From a virus (taxonomy: Duplodnaviria > Caudoviricetes), in IMG/VR virus record IMGVR_UViG_3300032332_000777, positions 1 through 24,662 of that record: a stretch of DNA of 24,662 bases; one strand, written 5' to 3'. The position numbers were made by a program, and so were the translations under genes. The notes beneath the pieces were generated by a model. That model did not search any database, was not told the origin of the DNA, and saw nothing but the letters and a program-made list of their open reading frames with translations. This document shows, in pieces, positions 6,528 to 14,918 of this stretch; within the stretch, counting starts at the first letter, position 1, and each line of letters opens with the position of its first letter.

Positions 6528-7508
6528 TTACTTCTTCTTCTTACCACCAAGCTGAGTTGGATCAGCAGTAGCAGAAGCGCCGATAGACGCAAGGTCAGCA
6601 AGTGACCCACCAAAGATATAAGTGCCGACATGCTGCATCTTCATCCATGGACAGAACCAAGTTTTAAGACCAATTGCCTGTACCTTCTGACAGAACCAAT
6701 AGTCTTCAGACAGATAACGCTTAGATCTAAGCGCATTTAGCTTTTCTCCATTAGCAAAAGCAGCATCAACTTCTGCCTGCACCTGGCCAGGATCAGTCAA
6801 CTTCAATGCTGCAATACGCTTCAATTCAGCAGCATAGTACTGACCGAAATCGACCTGATCAATTTCCGCCTGGAAAAACTGAAGAATTTCGCGAGAACCG
6901 TCGAAAGCTTCAGTGCGGATATGATCTGGCTTGTAATGATACTTTGGATACGCAGCAACAAACTTCTTAAGTGCGTTCTTAGAAATCATCATAAAGCCAG
7001 TGCCAATTTCAAGAACCTCAACTGGTTCGGAAATCGGAATATTACCAGCGCCACTCTTAGGATTGAAAACATAGTCACCAACGAACTTTTCAAGAACATT
7101 AGCATCTTCGTCAGCAATACCCTTGTCTACGGCAAGCTTAATCTTTTCCCAGGAGATACACTTCTTAGGATAAGGACCGCCGATGATATCATACTTTTCT
7201 GGCTCCTGTGCCTGAAGAGCCATGAGGGCAATAACATCCTGTGGATTGAACCCAATATCTGAGTCAATAAACATAAGATGTTCAGCATCTGAACGCATAA
7301 ACTCATCTACGCAATAGTTACGAGCGCGAGTAATGAGAGATTCGTTAAAGAGGTAATAAAACTGTACAGGGATGCCATACTGAGTGCAAATAGCAGACAA
7401 ATCTGCAGTTGACTTAGCGAACATGCCAGCACACATACCGCCATACATTGGCGTAGCAACGAACAACTTATTAGCACGCAACATTTCAACAGGTACATTA
7501 ATTTCCAT
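6528..7508 (-). CDS. GT-A fold glycosyltransferase-like protein
   Basis: FVATPMYGG, ESLITRARN, LMFIDSD (DxD), IGTGFM, YLSEDYWFC. Confidence 0.75.
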   Translation of the reverse strand: MEINVPVEMLRANKLFVATPMYGGMCAGMFAKSTADLSAICTQYGIPVQFYYLFNESLITRARNYCVDEFMRSDAEHLMFIDSDIGFNPQDVIALMALQAQEPEKYDIIGGPYPKKCISWEKIKLAVDKGIADEDANVLEKFVGDYVFNPKSGAGNIPISEPVEVLEIGTGFMMISKNALKKFVAAYPKYHYKPDHIRTEAFDGSREILQFFQAEIDQVDFGQYYAAELKRIAALKLTDPGQVQAEVDAAFANGEKLNALRSKRYLSEDYWFCQKVQAIGLKTWFCPWMKMQHVGTYIFGGSLADLASIGASATADPTQLGGKKKK

Positions 7509-7954
7509 TATTTTTCATCCTTATAGTGATCTACGTACAAACACATCATTGTGTAATGTAGAGCTTTCATCAAATCGGCTTTGTTGTTGCCGTTCTTCTT
7601 TCCATAGCGCCAAAGGTATTTTAGAGCTGTGTTACGAAACGTATCGGTGGAATTACCGAGAGCGATCCAAGCGTCAAAACACTCGATACTTTGCTCGTCG
7701 GTCTTATAATGCTCACCGTATGTCTTATCTATATAGTCTTGAAAATCAGAAATAATCTGACCTTCTGCGTATTTATAAAAATTATTCGAGAGTTCTTGCT
7801 TCATAACCTTTGTCTTCTTTTTAGTAGGTTTCGCCTGCATTTTGATCACCTGATTATTATATACTGTATCGTCCCAATTATCAACATAATTAGGTGTGGC
7901 TTTATCGCCATACGAAACTTTAATATCGTTCAGTTTAATATTGTGCTCAGACAT
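7508..7954 (-). CDS. DUF3310/SaV-like protein (T7 gp1.7 nucleotide kinase-related)
   Basis: HY...IEC...NTALKYLWRYGKKNG...DLMKALHY; GAGG RBS supports a start at 7954. Confidence 0.8.
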   Translation of the reverse strand: MSEHNIKLNDIKVSYGDKATPNYVDNWDDTVYNNQVIKMQAKPTKKKTKVMKQELSNNFYKYAEGQIISDFQDYIDKTYGEHYKTDEQSIECFDAWIALGNSTDTFRNTALKYLWRYGKKNGNNKADLMKALHYTMMCLYVDHYKDEK

Positions 7955-8486
7955 CTGCCACCTCATTGATTATAGACTGATAGATAATTTCCTGCTCTTG
8001 CAAATTGTTATTACTATAAGCTTCAACATAAAACAACAGAGACATATTGGTAAGGATATTACTGATCTTGCTCTCGCGCCCGAGAAGCCAAGTTACATTT
8101 TGATTGCTACCTCGCTCCTTATATCTTTCCTCACGAATCGACTGTTCAGTCAAAAGGCTGATGATTTTAAGATCATACTTTTCTGCACAATCTTCTAGGA
8201 AAGAGGCTGTAAACAATCTATCACCCTCATAGAGAACGATAGAGTTAGGAGGGAGCGTAGCGAGAAACTTAATAGCCTCTGGCTGAACTGCCATACTCAT
8301 ACGGTCAGTACCCGAAAACACTTCACCATCGTCATACTTGCCGAGGATGTAAATGTTATTATTTTGAAGGTAAGGAACCAACTTAAACTCAGTATACTTT
8401 TTGACTGGTGTGTAATATTCAATCAAACGCTTCATCAACGTTGACTTACCGCTTCCAGGATTACCACCGATAGCAATAACCTTCAT
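7947..8486 (-). CDS. P-loop kinase of base-modification clusters (candidate 5hmU-DNA kinase)
   Basis: Walker A GNPGSGKST, FSGTDRMSMAVQP, LYEGDRLF; ATGA-coupled to the aGPT-PPlase gene. Confidence 0.8.
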   Translation of the reverse strand: MKVIAIGGNPGSGKSTLMKRLIEYYTPVKKYTEFKLVPYLQNNNIYILGKYDDGEVFSGTDRMSMAVQPEAIKFLATLPPNSIVLYEGDRLFTASFLEDCAEKYDLKIISLLTEQSIREERYKERGSNQNVTWLLGRESKISNILTNMSLLFYVEAYSNNNLQEQEIIYQSIINEVADV

Positions 8487-9487
8487 ACATAAAACTCCTC
8501 TAATCCAATCGACTTTTGCTCGAAAAGTCCTGTTGCATCTAACACTTTATTATCAAGGTACAAACTCATTTTACTATTATCTACCTTATTAGTCAACAAC
8601 TTTGATGGCAATGTTTCTGTTCTTGAATCCCACAATGGTTTCCAATCAATACCGAACCAATTATCTTTTTCACACTTTTGAATTTCTTCAGCTTGACGAT
8701 CAAGATAATATCCTAGGTATCGACCCTTCGATTTACGAAACAGCTTTTTGAACGAACAAAGACAGGTCTCCATATCAAAATAGTCAGTGGAAGGAAATTC
8801 CTGCTTCACTTCCTCTAAGATATAATAAGCCTGACCATTAATATAGTTTAGCTGACTTTCAGAAAGCTTTTGATCATACCACTCATCAAGACCAAGAGCT
8901 AACAAAAGACCATTGCGATGCGAGCGCGAGCCATCGTGATCTTCTAGCATAAGCGTAGAAGGTTCAATTGGCATATCACAACACTGTTTGAGAGTTTGAA
9001 GATAAAACCAAGTTGAATAGCGACCGAACTTATGAAACTTCTCTTTTACTTCTGGCCAGAGTCGATCAAAGTTTTCTGTTGGGGTTCCACCGAGGAAAGG
9101 ATGAAATGCTTCGCGTTGGTTTTTTCCTCCAACCCAGTTTTTGTAGGACTCGAACTGCGCAGGTAGATGACCTTTATTCCACTTAGTGTCTGTCTGATAT
9201 CGGAGCCGCTTGTAATTATTATCGTTCCATTCACGTAGTCTTTCGACGCCGACGAGTTCCATGTCGGGAAATTCATTCCAGATCACCCATGTTGTTGGAA
9301 GATAATACGTCGTACCGTATATCCAAGAAATCCAAAGCTTTTGTTCCTTATTGTGTTCAAATCTATCAAACAGATAATTGGTCATATGTATAGCTGGATC
9401 GCAATCTTTGATGGAAAGCGACCAGCTATACCAGTTTTTAAAATCTTTAATTCTGCTGGATGATATATTTGTCAAGCGATTCCTCAA
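8483..9487 (-). CDS. aGPT-PPlase family / amino acid:DNA transferase (HhH fold)
   Basis: DCDP, WIYGTTY, KFGRYSTWFY, METCLCSFKK, RYLGYYLDRQAEEI motifs; real start may be TTG at 9475 (GAGGA RBS). Confidence 0.8.
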   Translation of the reverse strand: MRNRLTNISSSRIKDFKNWYSWSLSIKDCDPAIHMTNYLFDRFEHNKEQKLWISWIYGTTYYLPTTWVIWNEFPDMELVGVERLREWNDNNYKRLRYQTDTKWNKGHLPAQFESYKNWVGGKNQREAFHPFLGGTPTENFDRLWPEVKEKFHKFGRYSTWFYLQTLKQCCDMPIEPSTLMLEDHDGSRSHRNGLLLALGLDEWYDQKLSESQLNYINGQAYYILEEVKQEFPSTDYFDMETCLCSFKKLFRKSKGRYLGYYLDRQAEEIQKCEKDNWFGIDWKPLWDSRTETLPSKLLTNKVDNSKMSLYLDNKVLDATGLFEQKSIGLEEFYV

Positions 9488-9881
9488 TCATTCTAATCAC
9501 AAATTTGTGAAGTTCGTTCGTTTTAGAGAAGTTAGGATCAGGAATTTTGTGAGCGCCAATATACTTACTCAGTCGTTCTGACTTGAACATAACTTCCATA
9601 CCAAACTTATCTTTGAGCTTTTGTTCATTGCTGTTATCCATATAGAACACAACATCAGCCCAATCTATCATTTCTTGACTAACTGGTATCGAACGAATTC
9701 CAGTTGTATTATACCCTTTTTCATTCAAAGCGTCACGCATTTTCTTTGCGGTAATTTCTCCACCCTTGGTATCTTTAAGAGCAGCCGAACGTACTTCCCA
9801 TTCTGGCTTCTTCACTTTTAAAATGATTTCACCAGCTGCTGAACGATTAATATTACCATGGCATACAAACAAAACTTTCAT
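9447..9881 (-). CDS. Low-molecular-weight phosphatase (LMW-PTP/ArsC fold)
   Basis: VLFVCHGNINRS CX5R loop, VRSAA, WADVVFYM, IPDP acid loop. Confidence 0.88.
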   Translation of the reverse strand: MKVLFVCHGNINRSAAGEIILKVKKPEWEVRSAALKDTKGGEITAKKMRDALNEKGYNTTGIRSIPVSQEMIDWADVVFYMDNSNEQKLKDKFGMEVMFKSERLSKYIGAHKIPDPNFSKTNELHKFVIRMIEESLDKYIIQQN

Positions 9882-10822
9882 CGAATAACCTCATATACAT
9901 CTTTGCTGGATGTTTTCAAATCGTCAATATCAATTTTTGCACGCAGATCGTTTAACCTTTGTTCTACAACCTTGCGAGAGTTCTTGTCGAAATTAGTATA
10001 CTGATATACCTGCTCAGTTTCAAACTCATATTCACCAAACTTAGGAAACTTATATTCACCATACATATAAATTTCCCTTGGCGATAAATCTTCTTCATTC
10101 AATGCAGCATTGAGAAAATCGTGACACCAGTCAATACAAAAACCAAGTTCAACGTGATCTCTTGTGCCAGGAAAATGTCTAAACTCAATTGTGTTAGTTT
10201 CTTCCCACATCTGTCTCAAATTGATTCCTGCGCGAGGGCACTGGAACCAAGCAGGTTTCCCATTCTTATCTTTATGGGCATGGTTCTCATAAAACTCTTG
10301 AGTCGTTGTAGACATCATCATAGCATGAAAACGAGCAGGGGAAAGTTTATGCTGATGTGACTTATGACGACGATGCATTCGCTTCAGAGCCCACTCATAT
10401 TCAATTGGTCTTAGCCTGTTCCGATCAGGGACGGGAATAGACTCTACAATATCAAAAGCTTGCTGCTGATACCTATCGACATATGTCAGAAGCTTTTTAC
10501 AAGCAGCGAGATCATTATGTAAACCAGGAACACGAATATGAATGTGCAAATTACTGCGATAATTTACGATCGCAGTAGGCAATGCATCATTTATAAGTTT
10601 GACATGTTCGATTTGTTCTTCAATCGTATCGGTAGGTCTTGTGTTAATTTCACCACCCCAGCGATACAATTTACCAACAGGATCGTTGGCAATACCCGTG
10701 CTACTTACGCAGGTATTATCTTTATCGTTCCATTTTGCGCCATCTGGAAGTTCTGCTAGACGATCGCAATTTCCATACTCAAGTTCAACACCATAACTAA
10801 ATTTGTTCACATCATAAAGCAT
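9878..10822 (-). CDS. Putative amidoligase (glutamine synthetase-like COOH-NH2 ligase)
   Basis: YGVELEY, GGEINT, NLHIHI, TIEFRHFPGT. Confidence 0.8.
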   Translation of the reverse strand: MLYDVNKFSYGVELEYGNCDRLAELPDGAKWNDKDNTCVSSTGIANDPVGKLYRWGGEINTRPTDTIEEQIEHVKLINDALPTAIVNYRSNLHIHIRVPGLHNDLAACKKLLTYVDRYQQQAFDIVESIPVPDRNRLRPIEYEWALKRMHRRHKSHQHKLSPARFHAMMMSTTTQEFYENHAHKDKNGKPAWFQCPRAGINLRQMWEETNTIEFRHFPGTRDHVELGFCIDWCHDFLNAALNEEDLSPREIYMYGEYKFPKFGEYEFETEQVYQYTNFDKNSRKVVEQRLNDLRAKIDIDDLKTSSKDVYEVIR

Positions 10823-11895
10823 TCTAAATTGTTCCTACTGTTCGACACCGCTTGATGAATGATTCGCATATTCTCTTTAATGAAATGCTCGGCTGTATAC
10901 TTATTTACAACCGTTTCAGAAAACCTAACTCTATCAGTATAGCTTAGTTTTGAAGATAAATCAACATAATTTCTAATTTGTTCGGGCATGGGCGTGTCCA
11001 AAAAACGATCACAGAAGTATAAAGTTTCAGCTGGAATATGTTCTGACTCGGCGACTGTTTTGTTGCCAGGAACGATGTATGGAACACCGTGTGTGACATA
11101 TTCTAAACAAACAATACCTGTTGACTCGTTCCCCATACCCAAACCAAACATGGCTTCAGACATAGAGTCAAGTATCTGCTGTCTAGGAGCATCAATATGA
11201 AACTTAAGCAAAGGCGACTTTTGCAAATTCTCCAGTTCTTTTGCAGGTATCTCTGTTCCGCCAAATTTGATAAAACATTCTACAGGATAATTAGCGCCAG
11301 ACTTAAGATAATTTTTCAATGCAACTTGAGGATATTTGCCAGCATCCCAACGCCCAACAAATATTCCATATGGTTTTGCTTCTTTAATTACAGATGGCGG
11401 TTCATTAATATAATGAATGCAAATCGTATCATCAAAATTATCTAGAAACTTTTTTGCTTGCCATTTTGATACGCCACACCAGTAAACTCCCTTCTTAGAA
11501 AATTTACTGTTGCCTCTGTCTTTTGAAATTATAGATGATGGCTTATGATAATGTTCAAAAATGATACCAACTTTATAGTTTTCCCATATTGAGCTCATAT
11601 GTTTGCAAGAATTATCAAGCACCACATCTGGATCTAGTTGGATGATAATTTTCTTTATCTCTTCTAAAACGCCACGTGTCTGCTTGCGTTTGTTTTCTTC
11701 ATCAGAGATGTCAAAAAAACCATCAAGAATATACTGGTTGTCATACTGCTTATCGCTACCTACAGCCGTGATGTAGTAGGTGTCGTGCACCGTAGTCAAC
11801 AGTTCCATTTGGTTTTTAGAAAACTTTTGAGCGCCATTACCGACTTTGCCTTTTAAATTAGGAGAAAATAGGTTGTCGATAATCAATATTTTCAC
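10807..11895 (-). CDS. GT-B (GT4-like) glycosyltransferase
   Basis: MKILII...GNGAQK N-terminus, IFVGRWDAGK, ESTGIVCLE (EX7E) followed by GVP. Confidence 0.85.
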   Translation of the reverse strand: MKILIIDNLFSPNLKGKVGNGAQKFSKNQMELLTTVHDTYYITAVGSDKQYDNQYILDGFFDISDEENKRKQTRGVLEEIKKIIIQLDPDVVLDNSCKHMSSIWENYKVGIIFEHYHKPSSIISKDRGNSKFSKKGVYWCGVSKWQAKKFLDNFDDTICIHYINEPPSVIKEAKPYGIFVGRWDAGKYPQVALKNYLKSGANYPVECFIKFGGTEIPAKELENLQKSPLLKFHIDAPRQQILDSMSEAMFGLGMGNESTGIVCLEYVTHGVPYIVPGNKTVAESEHIPAETLYFCDRFLDTPMPEQIRNYVDLSSKLSYTDRVRFSETVVNKYTAEHFIKENMRIIHQAVSNSRNNLECFMM

Positions 11896-12572
11896 TGCAA
11901 ATCCTCATAGTAATTATTATCCATAGTATAGCTTGTCACATTAAATTTGTCAATGGTAAAAACTTTATACATTGGAACTTTTACAGAAAAATGAAACCCT
12001 GCTCTTTTCAAAATATCTGCAGTCGAAGCAAACACAAAACCATTAGTGCCATATGTGTAATATAATGGGCGTTCGCCATTACGATACGCAATTAACCTTT
12101 TGTCGTCATACAAAGCGCAAACTGACATAGAAGCTGGATCAAAGTGCTGAAGAGGATTTAAATTTTTTTCCATTGCTCGCAAAACAAGCTCTGAGTCGTT
12201 TGAGGTTTCTGTTCTGAGCTTGTATGTTGATTCCCAAGTTTCAGAAGGTTCTTGAGATATGACACCGTTGTGTACCACAGATAACTTATCACTAGCCATA
12301 GGCTGGTTGTAACGCAGGTCAGAAGTGGAATACCTAATATGACCAACACAATATAAATGTCCGTCTTCATTCGTCCAATCCTCTAAATTTTGATTGTTGA
12401 TAAACTCGTCGGCAGGTACAGATTTTTTATCTGTAAACACTTTACCATTCTTTACATAGGAAACTCCAGTCGCGTGTTTACCACGGATCATAGATTGAAT
12501 GAAAAGACCACGAACTAAATCGTGGTCTTTCTTTGCGAAATTTTTAATGGTAATACCAAGAACGCCACACAT
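11892..12572 (-). CDS. Stand-alone class II (Ntn) glutamine amidotransferase
   Basis: N-terminal MCGVLG (Cys nucleophile), RGKHATG, GHIRYST, NQP, HNGVI, NDSE. Confidence 0.92.
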   Translation of the reverse strand: MCGVLGITIKNFAKKDHDLVRGLFIQSMIRGKHATGVSYVKNGKVFTDKKSVPADEFINNQNLEDWTNEDGHLYCVGHIRYSTSDLRYNQPMASDKLSVVHNGVISQEPSETWESTYKLRTETSNDSELVLRAMEKNLNPLQHFDPASMSVCALYDDKRLIAYRNGERPLYYTYGTNGFVFASTADILKRAGFHFSVKVPMYKVFTIDKFNVTSYTMDNNYYEDLQ

Positions 12573-13873
12573 TAGAAAAATGAGTCCAAAGTTACTTGCT
12601 TTTCTTTTTCGTAAGGATCAGGGATATTATGCGCTTTCATATAGTCATACCACTCTTGTTCTTCCCACATACCTGCATTTACGCCATTCCAAAGATTACG
12701 TTGTAGCCTATGATCTTTGTTAAGACGACGCTCGTCAATATATTTCTTACGGAGAAACTCATAATCGTATGATTTAAGATCAACCATTTTCTCACGGAAG
12801 TAAGCAACGATTGTCATACGATCGTTGTCATCACCAATAAGCTCGTCGTTTCCATGAATCCCCTCATGGTTATTAACCAGTAACATATCACCAGGCTGGA
12901 GATTAATTGCAATGCGATACTCAGGGAGAATAAACTGACCACCACGCCATCCCTTACCCTCTGGACCAGTAACGCCACAAATATTACTGAAACCAGAAGT
13001 GAGATCACCAGCATCACGATGGCAGGCAGTGCGCCAGTTGTGGTTAACAGTAAGAGTAGTGAACACAGTGCCATCAATACGGAATCTTGCGTCAAGCTTG
13101 TTTGCTTCTGCATTTTGCGCTCTCCATCTACCAGGAATTAATTGTGCGAATTGCTTATTTAGTTTATGAATATATGGATAACATTTTGCGAAAGTATCAT
13201 AATGCTTCTCGGTATAAGAAGTTGCTCGCCCGTACGGGATACGAGGATAGCGATCAAAATATCCAGCAATACCAGACATAACAGACTGAGCGTAATTAGT
13301 GTCTGAAATATAATTCTTAATTATGAAGTTAGCGTCGTGAATTTGTTGTTCTCTAGGCATTTTCACAGCATTAGAAAGCCACTTGTCAAACCAACCATGA
13401 TACTCAGGATAAAGTTTAGTCACCTCTGAGCGAAGCCAAACCTGACCACGAGTTTCTTCTTTCGAAGGTCCTTTATTATCTTCTTTGATTGTCTCGATAG
13501 TAGTACCATCGTCAATAGTATTGAGAGGACGAGCTAAGAATGATAAAATTTCTAGCTGCTCAGCAGTTACCCAATCACGATTTTGACGCTTGTCTTGACC
13601 CAAAACCTCGCCACGAGGACCAGCTGCCATACCACGATTTTGCGATTCTGTAGCAGCTGCTCTAAGACCAGCGTATGCTGCTTCGCATACTTCTTTTGTG
13701 AAAGTATTTTTGCGATACTTAAAAATGTTGTTTTCTTCAGACAAAGAACCATCTAACGACTCTGCATAAAGATCGCAGTCTGTTTCAATTACACGATCAT
13801 AATACTGTTTACCGACAAATGAACCCAGAGTTTCCTCTGAGTCAATTTTAGGTCGCACCAAAACTTCAACCAT
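12572..13873 (-). CDS. TET/JBP-family 2OG-Fe(II) 5-methylpyrimidine dioxygenase
   Basis: FTTLTVNHNWRTACHRDAGD (HxD), GDMLLV...IHGN (distal His), RMTIVAYFRE (2OG-binding Arg); GAGGAG RBS. Confidence 0.88.
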   Translation of the reverse strand: MVEVLVRPKIDSEETLGSFVGKQYYDRVIETDCDLYAESLDGSLSEENNIFKYRKNTFTKEVCEAAYAGLRAAATESQNRGMAAGPRGEVLGQDKRQNRDWVTAEQLEILSFLARPLNTIDDGTTIETIKEDNKGPSKEETRGQVWLRSEVTKLYPEYHGWFDKWLSNAVKMPREQQIHDANFIIKNYISDTNYAQSVMSGIAGYFDRYPRIPYGRATSYTEKHYDTFAKCYPYIHKLNKQFAQLIPGRWRAQNAEANKLDARFRIDGTVFTTLTVNHNWRTACHRDAGDLTSGFSNICGVTGPEGKGWRGGQFILPEYRIAINLQPGDMLLVNNHEGIHGNDELIGDDNDRMTIVAYFREKMVDLKSYDYEFLRKKYIDERRLNKDHRLQRNLWNGVNAGMWEEQEWYDYMKAHNIPDPYEKEKQVTLDSFF

Positions 13874-13915
13874 AGCTGTTCTCCTCGTTTACACTATAAC
13901 GTTATATATACGACT

Positions 13916-13944
13916 ATTATAGCGTAATTGATGCAATTTTACAA
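13916..13944 (-). promoter_or_regulatory. sigma70-type promoter TTGTAA-N17-TATAAT for the modification operon
   Basis: -10 at 13916-13921, -35 at 13939-13944; a TATATATA late-like element also lies at 13903-13910. Confidence 0.55.
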
Positions 13945-14330
13945 ACATATTCAGTGTGTGCTTTATCTAAAATGCTTCGTACATCTGGTGGAGTCCAATC
14001 AGCTGGCTTCTGTACCTTACCATCTTCTCGACGAATTACCTTACCGTCTACAAGCTTTGCCATATTGCTTCGATGGACCTCAGCAAAAACATCGTCCAAA
14101 GGAATACCGTAAGAAACGGCAGTGCCACAAGCAATATAGATAATGTCAGCAAGGGCATCAGCAACTTCAACAATGTCATTGGCATATTCTGCATCAGTAA
14201 GTTCATTAAATTCTTCCGTGATAAGTTTCCTACGAAGAATACGCTCTTCTCTATCAGGGAACTCTGGCTTCTCACCAATACGCTGACCGAATGCCTGATG
14301 AAAATCTTTCACGTCTGTAAACATAGTCAT
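13917..14330 (-). CDS. MazG-like NTP pyrophosphohydrolase (DR2231/PRA-PH type, possible dUTPase)
   Basis: EEFNEL...EVADALADIIY, VHRSNMAK, DGKVQKP. Confidence 0.9.
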   Translation of the reverse strand: MTMFTDVKDFHQAFGQRIGEKPEFPDREERILRRKLITEEFNELTDAEYANDIVEVADALADIIYIACGTAVSYGIPLDDVFAEVHRSNMAKLVDGKVIRREDGKVQKPADWTPPDVRSILDKAHTEYVCKIASITL

Positions 14331-14331
14331 T

Positions 14332-14916
14332 TTATTTTCCTTTGGTTTTTGCTAGCCAATTTTTAAAATCTACAGCTTTATATTCAATATCGTTTTTCAC
14401 AAACCAGGTTTCGTTAATTCCATATGGTGATCCTGCGTCTACATTAATTACTGCTGGTTTGTACCCTCTACTAGCCAAAAATTCTTTTGATATAATATCA
14501 TAATTAGGATTTGGGTGACAATACAAATCATGTTCAAATGTTATACAATCAAACGTAATGCCTTGATCAATTACTCGCTGTAGAGCAGCGAATGTATTAT
14601 TTGGTGGTTCTATGTCACAAGATAGATAGTTAATATGCATACTAAGATTATTATCAATAATAGCTTGTTTGTAGTCGAAAGTCAAAGCGTTTTCCCAATA
14701 CACTTTATTCTTTCTTTCAACACAACTGTTCCAATGGCTCTGATACTGACCTCTTGATATTTCAAGACTAAATCCTTGCCAATTATGATCTACTTCTAAA
14801 GAATAAGTGTTATTATAAGTTTTGGGGAAGGCTGCTCCTATTTCAATGTAGGTTCCTCTTTCCCCAAAAATTTCATACGCAAATGCATCTTGCAACATTT
14901 GTCCTCTGTAAATCAC
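14332..14916 (-). CDS. FkbM-like SAM-dependent methyltransferase
   Basis: TYIEIGA, NNTYSLE...WQG, INYLSCDIE, ITFEHD. Confidence 0.75.
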   Translation of the reverse strand: MIYRGQMLQDAFAYEIFGERGTYIEIGAAFPKTYNNTYSLEVDHNWQGFSLEISRGQYQSHWNSCVERKNKVYWENALTFDYKQAIIDNNLSMHINYLSCDIEPPNNTFAALQRVIDQGITFDCITFEHDLYCHPNPNYDIISKEFLASRGYKPAVINVDAGSPYGINETWFVKNDIEYKAVDFKNWLAKTKGK

Positions 14917-14918
14917 AA

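Noticed and set aside
7770-7777. TATAAATA late promoter inside the DUF3310 gene
   Set aside because: Lies within coding sequence (YKY codons), about 260 nt from the next start; could be chance in AT-rich DNA
9447-9881. Arsenate reductase / arsenic resistance
   Set aside because: Lacks the additional redox cysteines of thioredoxin-coupled ArsC, and there are no ars genes nearby
12572-14916. TET plus cytosine methyltransferase (5mC to 5hmC) pathway
   Set aside because: No C5-MTase with PC/ENV motifs in the window; the nearby methyltransferases are sugar-type. One elsewhere in the genome cannot be excluded
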